Below, piece after piece: positions 49,599 through 60,151 of a stretch of DNA of 64,000 nucleotides. The stretch spans positions 12,088 through 76,087 of the forward strand of contig JAFSRI010000001.1 in assembly GCA_017446155.1 (NCBI GenBank). Reading direction: 5' to 3'. Under the pieces are notes generated by a model. That model saw only the letters and a program-made list of their open reading frames with translations, made no database searches and was not told the origin of the DNA. The DNA is from Clostridia bacterium (lineage in GTDB: Bacteria > Bacillota > Clostridia > Oscillospirales > CAG-272). The position numbers and the translations under genes were made by a program. Position 1 is the stretch's first letter. Each line of letters opens with the position of its first letter.

Positions 49599-50393
49599 TC
49601 AATATTTTTCTATCTCAATTTTTTCGGCGGTAACTTCCTCACCTAAAAATATCTGTGCCAAATCTTTAAATCGTCTCGGCTCGTCGGAAACATAGTATTC
49701 AACACTGCCGGAAGCCGAGGAAAGCATACCTCCCGCCGAAAGCGTTGCCGCCAGCGAGCGCGCCGCCTCTTTTGAAGGATCGATAGTCACAACACCGGGC
49801 AAAACTTTTGAGATAGTCTTTGAAATTATCGGAAAATGCGTACAGCCCAAAATAGGCGTATCTGCACCGAAAGACTTAATCGGCGCCAGATATTTTTTGC
49901 AAGCCGCCATGGTGCAAGGGTCGTTTTCGTCAATAAATCCGCACTCGACAAGTGAAACGAATAGCGGGCACGCAACGCCTATGCTATCCGCCCCACCGAT
50001 TTTGAGTTTTTTCTCAAAAACCCCCGAAGATATTGTCGCCTCAGTGCCGATTACGGCTATCTTGCCGTTTTTTGTAGCATGAAGCGAACAATCTGCCGCA
50101 TCATTTACAACGCCGAAGAGTGGCAATGTAAACTCGTCTTTTATGTCGTCAAGGGCAACGCTGCTGACCGTTCCGCATGCGGCGATAACTGTCTTTACAC
50201 CGTGCGACAGCAAAAAGCGCACGTCTTGCCTTGCATATTTTTTTATCGTATCGGGCGAGCGTGTGCCATAGGGAACTCTTCCGGTATCTCCGAAATAAAT
50301 AATTTTTTCATTCGGCAACAGTTTTTTCAGCTCCCGCACAACGCCCAGCCCCCCGAGACCGCTGTCAAAAACTCCGATAGGTCTGCTGTCCAT
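49599..50393 (-). CDS. murI: Glutamate racemase
   Basis: FDSGLGGL, YFGDTGRVPYG, ACGT, LGCTHFP. Confidence 0.95.
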   Translation of the reverse strand: MDSRPIGVFDSGLGGLGVVRELKKLLPNEKIIYFGDTGRVPYGTRSPDTIKKYARQDVRFLLSHGVKTVIAACGTVSSVALDDIKDEFTLPLFGVVNDAADCSLHATKNGKIAVIGTEATISSGVFEKKLKIGGADSIGVACPLFVSLVECGFIDENDPCTMAACKKYLAPIKSFGADTPILGCTHFPIISKTISKVLPGVVTIDPSKEAARSLAATLSAGGMLSSASGSVEYYVSDEPRRFKDLAQIFLGEEVTAEKIEIEKY

Positions 50394-50518
50394 AATTCAC
50401 CTCTCAAAAATCAAACAAAACGATTTTTAACTTTATTTTTCCAAACACAAATCAATCCGTTTTCATCGCATCGGAAATGTGAATAGCAAAAAACATGTTA
50501 CATTTAATATTATTCTTT

Positions 50519-51355
50519 TTAAACTTTTACGACACAACACCTCGGGTTGCCGCCGTAATCGTATAATACCTCACAATCAAAACCGTGCTCAGCGCATAGC
50601 CGCTCTAAATCCTGCTCTTGGTCGTATCCTATCTCAAACACAATATATCCGCCGTCGTTTAATGCATCGGGGCAAATATCGAGCAGTCTGCGATAAAACA
50701 CAAGCCCGTCATCTCCGCCGTCAAGCGCAATATGCGGCTCATGTTTCACCTCGCTCGATAAGGTATTTATAACGTCAGTCCTTATATACGGCGGGTTGGA
50801 TATTATAAGATCATACTTTTCTCGTCCTGAAAAAATGTCGTCCGAGAACACATCCCTTACAAATACTTCCGCCCTGCCCTCAAAGCCGAGGTCTTTAATG
50901 TTTTCTTTCGCAACAGCCACAGCTTTCTGCGAAATATCAAACAAATCCGCGCGTGTGTCGCTGCGCGATAGCAGCGCGGCCGCGATATTCCCGCTGCCGC
51001 AGCAAATATCGGCAAAGCGCCCGCCCTGCCTCAAAAGCGCAAGCGCTTTTTCGCACACGCGCTCCGTATCGGCTCTCGGAATCAGCACGTCGGGGGTAAC
51101 TTTTAAATCAAGTCCGAAAAAAGTCGTCGTGCCGGTGATATATTCAAGCGGGTTTCCGGTCAATCGCTCATTTAATATTTCCTTGCATTTTTCCTCAACA
51201 TTTTGCGGCACGTCATCATTATACCGCATAAAAAGCTCGGCGGAGCCGATGCCCGCCGCATAGCAGACAATCTCCTCCGCCTCGTAATCGCAACTGTCTG
51301 CCGAAACGGGCAAAACCGCTTTTTCTATATATTTTTTCAGTTCAAAATACGTCAT
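50519..51355 (-). CDS. prmC: Release factor glutamine methyltransferase
   Basis: PLEYITG, VLIPRADTE, DICCGSG, SNPPYI, ALDGG, EIGYDQ. Confidence 0.94.
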   Translation of the reverse strand: MTYFELKKYIEKAVLPVSADSCDYEAEEIVCYAAGIGSAELFMRYNDDVPQNVEEKCKEILNERLTGNPLEYITGTTTFFGLDLKVTPDVLIPRADTERVCEKALALLRQGGRFADICCGSGNIAAALLSRSDTRADLFDISQKAVAVAKENIKDLGFEGRAEVFVRDVFSDDIFSGREKYDLIISNPPYIRTDVINTLSSEVKHEPHIALDGGDDGLVFYRRLLDICPDALNDGGYIVFEIGYDQEQDLERLCAEHGFDCEVLYDYGGNPRCCVVKV

Positions 51356-51389
51356 TGCTTGCCTGTTTCACCATTTGTCCGCAAAAAAA

Positions 51390-52505
51390 TTATTCCGCCG
51401 CACTCTGTCCTTCTCCGCTATCATTTTGCGACGCGCGCTCGCCGTTTGCTTCGTCAAAAGCATCCTGCGTCGGCACATGACCGTTGTCTTTTACTTCGTC
51501 AGTGGATTCGTCGCTTTCAAGCTCGCTTTCCTTCGGGAATTCGTCCGGAAGCGCCCCCTTCGTTGCGGCTATCGCTACCTCTATCATCGAGTCGTCCGGT
51601 TCTTTCGTTGTTATTCTCTGCATCCAAAGACCGGGCGCCGACAATGCGCGAATGATAAAATTATCGTGTTTTCCGGCATACATCAAAAACTCATATCCTA
51701 TTCCGCAAACAAGCGGAACGAGCAAGAGCTTGAATCCCGTGCGGATAAGAATATTAAGAATTCTTACGTTCACGTCAGCCCATTCCCACGGAATAAGCAT
51801 ACCGACGGCAATAGAAATCAAAATCATCACTATCATAAAACTGGTGCCGCATCTGGGATGGAATCTTCTCTGTGTGCGAACATTTTCCACCGTCAGTTCA
51901 AGCCCTTTTTCATAACAGGCGATCGTTTTGTGTTCCGAGCCGTGATATTGAAACGTTCGCTTTATATCGGGCATAAGCGATACAAGCAACAGGTAAACTA
52001 TAAATATCACAAGTTTCAGTACACCCTCGATTATCCCTTTCGCCCACGAAGGCAACGCACCGAATATTCTTTCAAGTAAACTCGTCGCCGTCGTCGGCAG
52101 GAAAATGAAAAGCCCGACGCTGAGCGCCAATCCCAATATCACCGATATGGGCATAACGACCGCCATTATCGACGCGCCGAATTTTTCCCTCAGCCACTTC
52201 TCGAATTTGCTCTCCTGCTCCTCAACGCCCAGCATTTCCGCCGAACGCGAGAGGATCTTAAACGACATTATCATACTTTCAACGAAATTCACCACCCCGC
52301 GAATTATCGGCAGAGCAAGAAATTTCGACTTTTTCCTCACTGAAACGAATGTGGAATCCTCCGTTTGTATCTGCCCGTCGGGTTTTCTTACGGCAAGGCA
52401 TACACGCTCGCCGCTTTTCATCATTACCCCTTCAAGCACCGCCTGCCCGCCGACTTTATTTCTTCGGCAAAGGAGCGGATCTGTGTTTTTATCTTTTTTT
52501 GACAT
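51390..52505 (-). CDS. DUF1385 / YqhQ-family membrane protein
   Basis: GGQAVLEGVMM, YHGSEHK, HPRCGTSF, QRITTKEP. Confidence 0.9.
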   Translation of the reverse strand: MSKKDKNTDPLLCRRNKVGGQAVLEGVMMKSGERVCLAVRKPDGQIQTEDSTFVSVRKKSKFLALPIIRGVVNFVESMIMSFKILSRSAEMLGVEEQESKFEKWLREKFGASIMAVVMPISVILGLALSVGLFIFLPTTATSLLERIFGALPSWAKGIIEGVLKLVIFIVYLLLVSLMPDIKRTFQYHGSEHKTIACYEKGLELTVENVRTQRRFHPRCGTSFMIVMILISIAVGMLIPWEWADVNVRILNILIRTGFKLLLVPLVCGIGYEFLMYAGKHDNFIIRALSAPGLWMQRITTKEPDDSMIEVAIAATKGALPDEFPKESELESDESTDEVKDNGHVPTQDAFDEANGERASQNDSGEGQSAAE

Positions 52506-52865
52506 CAAAAAAACCTCGTTTTCCCGTTCATTTTATTTGATTTTATCATAAATGATAATAACAAAAAACCTATATTTTGTAAATAAAATCTTAAAAAACG
52601 CGACACCGCGAACAAATTCCACGATACAGACTGATTTTTCGCCGTCGAATTATATTTTTGCCGCGTCTTAAATTATACCAAAGTTATAAATTATCGCACT
52701 ATGTCGCTCGGCTTAAAATCACAAAAACAGCCCGTATATTCTATGCAAGCGAGCTATATCGGCATGTAATTGCCTAAAAAGTACTTTTACACTTTTATTT
52801 AATAATATTATAAACATTTGTCGGCGGTTTTTCAATAGTAAAAAAACAACTTTGGCAAATTCGCG

Positions 52866-52895
52866 GTCATAAACGGGACAAATCCCCCATATAAT
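52866..52895 (+). promoter_or_regulatory. Sigma-E-like promoter of spoIVA
   Basis: GTCATA-N16-CATATAAT. Confidence 0.65.
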
Positions 52896-52934
52896 TGCAA
52901 TGAATAAAAATAAAATCGCTCGGAGGAACAAAAA

Positions 52935-54404
52935 ATGAGCATTTACAAAGACATTGCACAAAGAACGAACGGCGACATATACATCGGCGTCGTGGGCCCC
53001 GTCCGCACGGGAAAATCAACTTTTATAAAGAAATTCATGGAAACGCTCGTGCTTCCGAACATCTCTGGCGACTATGACAAAAAGCGCGCACTTGATGAAA
53101 TGCCTCAGTCGGCGGCGGGACGAACCGTGATGACGACCGAGCCGAAATTTATACCGGACGAGGCGGTGAAAGTAACGCTCGACGGTGTGGGAACGCTTTC
53201 CGTCAAGATGATAGACTGTGTGGGATACATGGTGCCGGACGCGCTGGGAAACTTTGAGGAGGGCGAACCGAGAATGGTTATGACGCCGTGGTCAAAGGAC
53301 GCCATGCCGTTTGAAAAGGCGGCGGAAATGGGCACGCAAAAAGTGATAAACGATCATTCGACGATAGGGGTACTTGTCACAAGTGATGGAACATTCGGTG
53401 AAATAGGTCGCCAAAGCTATGCCGACGCCGAGGCGAGAATAGCCGGTGAGATGAAATCGCTCGGAAAGCCGTATGCGGTAGTGCTCAACTCAGCCGCGCC
53501 GAATTCACAGCAAGCGATAGATCTTGCCATCTCGCTTGAAAAGAAATATGACGCGCCGGTAGCGCTCGTCAACTGCCTGCAACTTGACAAGGGCGATATA
53601 GAAAACATTTTGGGGCTTATCTTGCTCGAATTTCCGGTAACGGAAATAAACGTAGACCTGCCCGATTATATGAACGCCCTCGACGATACACACCCCGTTC
53701 GCCGCAGCGTGTACGATTCGATCGACGAATGTGCAAAGAAAATCAAGAAAGCGGGCGACATACAGCCTGTCTTTGAGGAACTAAAAACAAACGAATATGT
53801 TTCGTCGGTTTCCGTCGCCGAAGTGGACCTCGGGCGCGGCACGGCAAAGGTGACGGTGGAGCTTGACGACGGTTTGCTTTATAGGCTTATAGGCGAGCTT
53901 ACGGGATTTAACGTCGAGAGCGACGAATCGCTTCTGAAACTTCTCGTCGAACTTTCAGACACGAAAAAGCAGTATGATAAAGTGGCGGGCGCTCTCAAAA
54001 GCGCAAGCGAAACGGGCTATGGGATCGTTACCCCGGACATATACGATATGAAGCTCGAAGAACCTGTCATCGTAAAACAATCGGGCGGTTACGGAGTAAA
54101 ACTGAAAGCGTCGGCGCCGTCGATACATATGATAAAAGCCGACATTCAAACCGAAGTGTCGCCCATCGTGGGAACAGAGGCGCAATCAGAGGAGCTTGTA
54201 AAATTTCTCCTCTCCGAATTTGAAACCGACCCGAAACGCATTTGGGACACGAACATGTTCGGCAAATCTCTGTATGAGCTTGTAAACGAGGGGCTGAACA
54301 CGAAGCTTTCACACATGCCTGACGACGCCCGCGCGAAACTGTCGCAAACGCTCGGAAGAGTAGTAAACGAGGGCAGCGGCGGACTTATCTGCATTATTCT
54401 TTAA
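52935..54404 (+). CDS. spoIVA: Stage IV sporulation protein A
   Basis: GVVGPVRTGKSTFIK, MTTEPKF, DCVGY, C-terminal EGSGGLICIIL. Confidence 0.98.
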   Translation: MSIYKDIAQRTNGDIYIGVVGPVRTGKSTFIKKFMETLVLPNISGDYDKKRALDEMPQSAAGRTVMTTEPKFIPDEAVKVTLDGVGTLSVKMIDCVGYMVPDALGNFEEGEPRMVMTPWSKDAMPFEKAAEMGTQKVINDHSTIGVLVTSDGTFGEIGRQSYADAEARIAGEMKSLGKPYAVVLNSAAPNSQQAIDLAISLEKKYDAPVALVNCLQLDKGDIENILGLILLEFPVTEINVDLPDYMNALDDTHPVRRSVYDSIDECAKKIKKAGDIQPVFEELKTNEYVSSVSVAEVDLGRGTAKVTVELDDGLLYRLIGELTGFNVESDESLLKLLVELSDTKKQYDKVAGALKSASETGYGIVTPDIYDMKLEEPVIVKQSGGYGVKLKASAPSIHMIKADIQTEVSPIVGTEAQSEELVKFLLSEFETDPKRIWDTNMFGKSLYELVNEGLNTKLSHMPDDARAKLSQTLGRVVNEGSGGLICIIL

Positions 54405-54717
54405 CCAACGTCTTTCTTCATATATTCCTCAACACACAAAAGAGAAAAACCCTCCTCAACGGAGGTTTTTTCTTTTCCATGTCACGAGAAATCATCGTTT
54501 CGGCGTAAATATCGCAAATCTCTCCGATAGTTCCGATTTTATCTCTGTTCGGCGTTTGTCTTTTTTCTGCCGAGCTTAAATCCGTATAATTCCGTATAAC
54601 TCTTTTGCATTATTCACCGTAAGAGAAAAAACAGCGAATTGTCAAAATATTTGCGATGATAAGTAAATGAATGGCACGTCGATCCGCATAAAAGGCAAAT
54701 TCAACGCTCTGTCTTGA

Positions 54718-54746
54718 TTGACAAACTGCGGGCAAAGTGATAGAAT
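54718..54746 (+). promoter_or_regulatory. Sigma-A promoter of the PQ-loop/HAD pair
   Basis: TTGACA-N17-TAGAAT. Confidence 0.65.
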
Positions 54747-54782
54747 AAATAAAAAACCGAAAAAGGAACATTTTTATCAATC

Positions 54783-55076
54783 ATGGAAACACTTGCAAAA
54801 ATTCTCGCGGCGGCAATGCCGATATGTTTCGGCGTGTCGTGGCCGTTTTCAATAGTTCGCTCTTGGCGCGCGCGCACGGCACAAGGCAAAAGCCCGATAT
54901 TCCTCGGCTTTCTTATCGTCGGCTATATCTGCGGCATACTCGCCACCGTCATCGGCGGAACGTTTACGTGGATACAATATCTTTACATAGCGGATCTTGT
55001 AATGGTGCTCATCGATTTTTCAATATATCTGCGCAACCGCAAACTTGACCGCGAGAGAAAGGCGTCCGGAAAATAA
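54783..55076 (+). CDS. PQ-loop / SemiSWEET-like 3-TM protein
   Basis: 97 aa with three TM segments; CFGVSWPFSIVRSWRARTAQGKS motif. Confidence 0.7.
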   Translation: METLAKILAAAMPICFGVSWPFSIVRSWRARTAQGKSPIFLGFLIVGYICGILATVIGGTFTWIQYLYIADLVMVLIDFSIYLRNRKLDRERKASGK

Positions 55077-55077
55077 A

Positions 55078-55821
55078 ATGACAAACTCCGCATTCAACGG
55101 CAAAGAAAAAATTAAAGTCGTGGCGTTTGACCTCGACGGAACACTCACCCAGCACAGAAGCCCGCTTGAAGAAGAAAACCGCGCGTTGCTGGCGCAGCTT
55201 TCAAAAAAGTACAAACTCCTCATGGTCGGCGCCGGCACCTGCCGCAGAATATTCGGGCAAATGGGCAATTTCCCGATAGACATCATCGGCAATTACGGTC
55301 TGCAATACGCCGAATATGACAAAAGCATATCCGACATTGTGCTGAAAGAAGAAACCGTTCTTCCCTGCGACGTGGAAAGCGTGCTTCAACGCGCCGACGT
55401 GTTCCGAAAAGAAACGGGATACATCGAGTATTCCGGCAAACCGGTCGAATTTCACCCATCCGGCAGCGTAACGTTTCCGTTTCTCGGCACTGCGGCTCAG
55501 ATAGGCGACAAGCTCGCCTTTGATCCGACCCGCGAAAAACGCCGCGCATTATATCCGCGTTTTTGTGAACTTTTCCCCGAATTTACGGTGTTTGTCGGCG
55601 GTTCGTCATCATATGACATGGTCCCCGCGCCGAATGATAAAGCGCACGCGCTCGACGTTTACTGCCGTCGGGTAGGACTTCGGCACGAAAACGTTTTGTA
55701 CGTCGGCGACGATTACGAGCCGGGCGGAAACGACTACGCCGTGTTCGTGTCCGATTTTCCCTTCGTCTGCACCGACGATTACAAAAAAACAAAAGATATT
55801 TTGAGTTTTTTAAACGAATAA
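55078..55821 (+). CDS. HAD-IIB hydrolase, phosphomannomutase (PMM)-like
   Basis: FDLDGTLT, VGGSSSYD..P...DK, VGDDYEPGGNDY. Confidence 0.75.
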   Translation: MTNSAFNGKEKIKVVAFDLDGTLTQHRSPLEEENRALLAQLSKKYKLLMVGAGTCRRIFGQMGNFPIDIIGNYGLQYAEYDKSISDIVLKEETVLPCDVESVLQRADVFRKETGYIEYSGKPVEFHPSGSVTFPFLGTAAQIGDKLAFDPTREKRRALYPRFCELFPEFTVFVGGSSSYDMVPAPNDKAHALDVYCRRVGLRHENVLYVGDDYEPGGNDYAVFVSDFPFVCTDDYKKTKDILSFLNE

Positions 55822-56067
55822 TTATTATCCGCACAAGAAAAAACAGCGCATTATGCCGTTTTCATCTTCTGTGCGGATTTATGAAAGTTTAATTGTAATA
55901 ATGCTTTTATGTGCGATTATTCGATATACAAATGTCGGCAACGGCAAAATGGTTTTTCTTTTTAAATTCATAAAAATCGATTTATTCGCATCGCTGTCGT
56001 TTACAAAAACAAGTTGATTTTACATTTGCGTTATGATATAATTTCAATAATCGGAGGTGAATCAAAG

Positions 56068-56430
56068 ATGAAATTACAGGAATCGGGAGAAATGTATCTT
56101 GAAACCATTCTTATTCTTTCGCACAAATCAAGCGAGGTCCACGCCGTACACGTCAGTGAATATATGAACTTTTCAAGACCAAGCGTAAGCCGCGCGCTCG
56201 GCATACTCAAACGCGAGGGATATATTGAAATACACGATGACGGACATATATTTTTAACGCCGTCGGGTAAAGAAATAGCCGAAAAAATATACGAACGGCA
56301 CACCGTTCTTCGCGACTTGCTCGTGTCGATCGGCGTAAGTAAAGAAACAGCGGAAGCCGACGCGTGCAAGATCGAGCACGCTATAAGTGACGAAACGTTT
56401 GAAGCTGTCAAAAGAGAAATAACAAAATGA
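56068..56430 (+). CDS. DtxR/MntR-family metal-dependent regulator
   Basis: EMYLETI, SRPSVSRA, IYERH, DACKIEHAIS. Confidence 0.92.
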   Translation: MKLQESGEMYLETILILSHKSSEVHAVHVSEYMNFSRPSVSRALGILKREGYIEIHDDGHIFLTPSGKEIAEKIYERHTVLRDLLVSIGVSKETAEADACKIEHAISDETFEAVKREITK

Positions 56431-57365
56431 CGGCATGCGTTCTTATCCACCCGCACGAGATTTGCGGCGAGTGGCTTGAAATTTTAAAAAAATCGAAAAT
56501 AAACACGCTCGGCATACATCCCGTAGGCGGACGCGCCGCGCCGAAGCACCTCGAAGCACTACTGCAAATCGTGAAGACGACGGAATTTCGTCGGTTTATC
56601 GACGACGTTCATGCGCTTGGAATAGATGTCGAATATCAAATACACGCAATGTCTTGCCTGCTTCCGCGCGAGCTTTTCGACGCACACCCGGAATATTTCC
56701 GCATAAACGAAAAAGGCGAGCGAACGCCTGAATTTAACCTCTGCCCGTCAAATGACGAGGCGCTCGGCATTGTTGAGAAAAATGCGCAAAGGCTTGCGGA
56801 GCAGCTTTACGGATCGTCGGAAAAATACTATTTTTGGACGGACGACGTGCGCGGCAGTTACTGCCACTGCGAAAAATGTAAAAAGCTGACCCCTTCCGAT
56901 CAAGCCATGCTTATATACAACGCCATACTTCGCGGAATAAAAAAGTTCCGCCCGAACGCCGAGCACTGCTTTCTCGCGTATCAAGACGCGACAGATCCGC
57001 CGAAAAACGTCAAGGCTGACGAAGGCATATTCTTGGAATTTGCCCCAATCGACCGCGATTCTTTCGCTCCCCTATCGGATGAAAAAAACGCCGCGGCGAC
57101 AGAGCCCATTCCCGCGCTTATCGACTTCTTCGGGAAGAAAAACAGCCGCGTGCTCGAATATTGGATAGACAACTCACGCTATTGCGAATGGAAAATGCCA
57201 TATAAAAAGCTGCCGTTTATGCCGGATGTCATATCAAAAGACGCCGAGCTGTATAAGCGCTTCGGCTTTGAGGGGCTTTCCTCATTTGCGTGCTATCTCG
57301 GAAAAGACTACATGGCGCTTTTCGGTACGCCGCCGATAAAAGAATTTGCCGAAATCATAAACTAA
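56427..57365 (+). CDS. DUF4838-like protein
   Basis: LFDAHPEYF..N..GER, NLCPSN, CHCEKC, FLAY, EYW. Confidence 0.7.
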   Translation: MTACVLIHPHEICGEWLEILKKSKINTLGIHPVGGRAAPKHLEALLQIVKTTEFRRFIDDVHALGIDVEYQIHAMSCLLPRELFDAHPEYFRINEKGERTPEFNLCPSNDEALGIVEKNAQRLAEQLYGSSEKYYFWTDDVRGSYCHCEKCKKLTPSDQAMLIYNAILRGIKKFRPNAEHCFLAYQDATDPPKNVKADEGIFLEFAPIDRDSFAPLSDEKNAAATEPIPALIDFFGKKNSRVLEYWIDNSRYCEWKMPYKKLPFMPDVISKDAELYKRFGFEGLSSFACYLGKDYMALFGTPPIKEFAEIIN

Positions 57366-57381
57366 ACACACGGAGGACGCC

Positions 57382-57687
57382 ATGAAAAATAACTCTCCAC
57401 GCAAAAAACGCGACGCAGGCAGTATAATATTCGGGCTGTTGATATTTCTGTTTTTCAGAATCGACTCGTGGCTGTGCTCTCTGCCCGCTTGGATCACCCT
57501 CATACTTCATTTTGTCATAGATTTGCCGATATGGTGGTTTTGGGCGACGCTCGGCGTATGGATTCTCGCGGGGGCTGTGCGTTATATTGTAATCGTCTTT
57601 GCACGCTGGGGCGGCAATTCTGATGAGCCGCCCAAAGAAAACAAAAATCCGTATTCAAAGAAAAACGACGATTACTATAAACAATAA
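57382..57687 (+). CDS. Small membrane protein
   Basis: GGAGG RBS; Trp-rich TM segments; C-terminal ENKNPYS. Confidence 0.7.
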   Translation: MKNNSPRKKRDAGSIIFGLLIFLFFRIDSWLCSLPAWITLILHFVIDLPIWWFWATLGVWILAGAVRYIVIVFARWGGNSDEPPKENKNPYSKKNDDYYKQ

Positions 57688-57776
57688 AATCGATGAAACG
57701 GCGGGTAGATCACAAATATTTATACGCCGAACACCTTGCGAATTCAATTTGACATTTTTATAAAAGGAGAAATACA

Positions 57777-57983
57777 ATGTACATCTACAAAACCGAGATT
57801 TTACCCGTAAGCACGAAGTTCTTTTCCGACAAAGCAAACGAAAAAGACGCAGAGGCGCTCGACGAGCTGTTAAATAGGCGTGCCAAAGAAGGATGGGAGC
57901 TTGCGGCATATGACTATATGGCAACGTCATCGCAAATAAAAGGCGCGTTCATCATAACGTTCAAGAAAGAAAAAATGCAATAA
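57777..57983 (+). CDS. DUF4177-like small protein
   Basis: YIYK...LDELLNRRAKEGWEL...ITFKK; AAGGAG RBS. Confidence 0.75.
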   Translation: MYIYKTEILPVSTKFFSDKANEKDAEALDELLNRRAKEGWELAAYDYMATSSQIKGAFIITFKKEKMQ

Positions 57984-58153
57984 AGCTGCCTGATATTATA
58001 AACCGATCCATAAAATTCAGTAAAATAAAAAAGCAACTTTTACAGGTTGCTTTTTTTGATCCCGTTTGATTTGATTTGCCGATTACAGAATAAAACAAAC
58101 ATTTTTAAAGATAAAGCGATACAAAAAGCACGCCCGCATAAAGCGGGCGAGTA

Positions 58154-59104
58154 TTATTTCATCATTTTATACAGGTTTTCGTCGGTGAAATCTTCAACTA
58201 TTATGTGCGTTCCGAGCGTTTTATGCAGCTGACGCTTGTAAGCGTCGTCGGCGTTAAGGCGGCTTATACAAAGCGCACCCATTCTGTCGCCGGCAAATAT
58301 TTCGCTTCTGCCGTCGCCTGTCACAAGAACGTTTTTGCCGTCGGCGCCGAGGTTGACAAGCAATTTTTGCATTATCTCATCTTTGGGCAGTTTCTGCGTC
58401 CATGTAGAGCCAATAATATCCTCTATCATCTCACCCGTGCCTATCTTAAACCCGAGCGCCTCGACTTCTTCATGCATACCCATGCCTTTTTCTACGACCG
58501 CCCCCGTAACAAAATAATTTTTTACCCCGTGCGAGTGCAAGTATTGTAGAAATTCCATCGAGCCTTTAACGGTGAACTTTTCGGGATTTTCCCTTGCCTG
58601 AGCCAAATTTTTATCTCTGCAATAGCCGTTTAACACTTTTTCGTAAAGCTTGAAAAGCCGAGGGGTATGCTCTTTCAAAAAAACGGAAAGCTCAGGTGTG
58701 TCAGGGGTAGTAAACGTTTCTTCTCCCCGCCCTATTCGCGTTATTTTATCGCGGTTGTCGTCGAAGTCGCAATCTACCTTTATGATTTTCGCGTCGATCG
58801 CGCGGCGGAGTCCCCATTCCATTTGGACCAGCGCCGAAAGCCCCGCCGATTCCACACAAAATCTGTCCGTTTCCGGCAACGCTTCCTTGCCTGCTTTCTC
58901 CACGAGCATTTTCACGCTTTCGTCGCTGTCGTACCCTTCGGGTACGCCGCCGCGCGAAACATAATCGAGCACAACGCTCATAACGGGCGGCCATTCACGG
59001 ATAAGCGAATGGGTGCCGTCCACGTCGTGAAAAGCGTAAATAATATCACGCTCGCCGAAATTCTTTACCGCAATATCACAAGGCGTATAAACAAATTTTA
59101 CCAT
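58154..59104 (-). CDS. HAD-family hydrolase
   Basis: HDVDGTHSLIR, VTG, GDGRSEI; hairpin CGCCCGC/GCGGGCG at 58131-58149. Confidence 0.8.
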   Translation of the reverse strand: MVKFVYTPCDIAVKNFGERDIIYAFHDVDGTHSLIREWPPVMSVVLDYVSRGGVPEGYDSDESVKMLVEKAGKEALPETDRFCVESAGLSALVQMEWGLRRAIDAKIIKVDCDFDDNRDKITRIGRGEETFTTPDTPELSVFLKEHTPRLFKLYEKVLNGYCRDKNLAQARENPEKFTVKGSMEFLQYLHSHGVKNYFVTGAVVEKGMGMHEEVEALGFKIGTGEMIEDIIGSTWTQKLPKDEIMQKLLVNLGADGKNVLVTGDGRSEIFAGDRMGALCISRLNADDAYKRQLHKTLGTHIIVEDFTDENLYKMMK

Positions 59105-59107
59105 ATC

Positions 59108-60151
59108 TTATTTTCTCGGTTCGTTGCAAAGCGCGATGAGATCATCGACCTTTGCCGTGGCAAGACGCACGACGGCGTCTCCCGCGCTGTAATAAATCTT
59201 CACCGTTCCGTCGTCTTCAAGCAGCATCCCGCACGGGAACAGAGCGTTTGCGCGATAACCGAACTCGGTTTCGTAATAACCTTCAGGCACGATAAGCGGA
59301 CGTTTTGACATACCGATAACCTTTGACGGATCGTCAAGGTCAAGCAACGCTATACCGATAACATAACGTTTTCTCCACGCGGCTTCCCAGCCGTTCTTTC
59401 CGCGCGAGGGATCAATGTCAACCGAATGGAATATAGTAAGCCACCCTTTGTCCGTTTTAACGGGCGGTGCGCCGGGGCCGATTTTGTCATTGCAGAACGG
59501 CACGTCCTCCGTCGCCAAAACGAGCTTTGAATTTCCCCAATAAACAAGATCGGGGGAGTCGGATAGCCACATATCGAAATGTGTTCCGTCACGCGAATAA
59601 ACGGGCATGGGGCGTTCAAGACGAACGTATTTGCCGTTGATTTTTTCGGGGAAAAGCACCATGTTTCTGTTTTCGGGAACGGAGATTGATTTTATTTCAA
59701 AGTTCTTTAAATCTTTCGTCACCGCCATTCCGCCGCAAACACCGTGACGCGTGTCAACGGCAAAGCAAACGCAATATTCCCCGTCTATATACGTTATACG
59801 CGGGTCGTAAACGCGCATTATTTCTTCGTCGTCGATCTCAAAGCACGGCTGAGGCCGAACGTTCCACTTGATTCCGTCGTCGGAAAAAGCAAGACCGAGG
59901 TTTGTTTCATAATCGAGCTGCTGTTTTTCAAAGTCACCGACGTCGTTTCGGAATATCATTATATATTTCCCGTTCAGTTTCAACACCCCCGCGTTGAACG
60001 TAAGTGCCGAGCGATACGGCACGTCTTTATACGTCAGCACAGGTTCCGGATACCGTGTTATGCAGTCTGCCGTGGTAAAGAGCGCCTCGTCGACGAACTG
60101 TGCGGGTTTTGCGGTGGAAAATCCCGTTCTCTTCTTTTTCTGCTGTTCCAT
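59108..60151 (-). CDS. GH130 glycoside phosphorylase/hydrolase
   Basis: TFNAGV, YDPRI, NRNMVLFPEKING, KIGPGAPP, FPCG, IYYSAGD. Confidence 0.9.
   Translation of the reverse strand: MEQQKKKRTGFSTAKPAQFVDEALFTTADCITRYPEPVLTYKDVPYRSALTFNAGVLKLNGKYIMIFRNDVGDFEKQQLDYETNLGLAFSDDGIKWNVRPQPCFEIDDEEIMRVYDPRITYIDGEYCVCFAVDTRHGVCGGMAVTKDLKNFEIKSISVPENRNMVLFPEKINGKYVRLERPMPVYSRDGTHFDMWLSDSPDLVYWGNSKLVLATEDVPFCNDKIGPGAPPVKTDKGWLTIFHSVDIDPSRGKNGWEAAWRKRYVIGIALLDLDDPSKVIGMSKRPLIVPEGYYETEFGYRANALFPCGMLLEDDGTVKIYYSAGDAVVRLATAKVDDLIALCNEPRK

Noticed and set aside
54581-54600. TCCGTATAA repeated twice
   Set aside because: Too short and isolated to interpret.
58131-58149. Similar GCCCGC hairpins at 1078, 41535 and 58131 as a REP family
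   Set aside because: Each follows a gene end and is adequately explained as a terminator.
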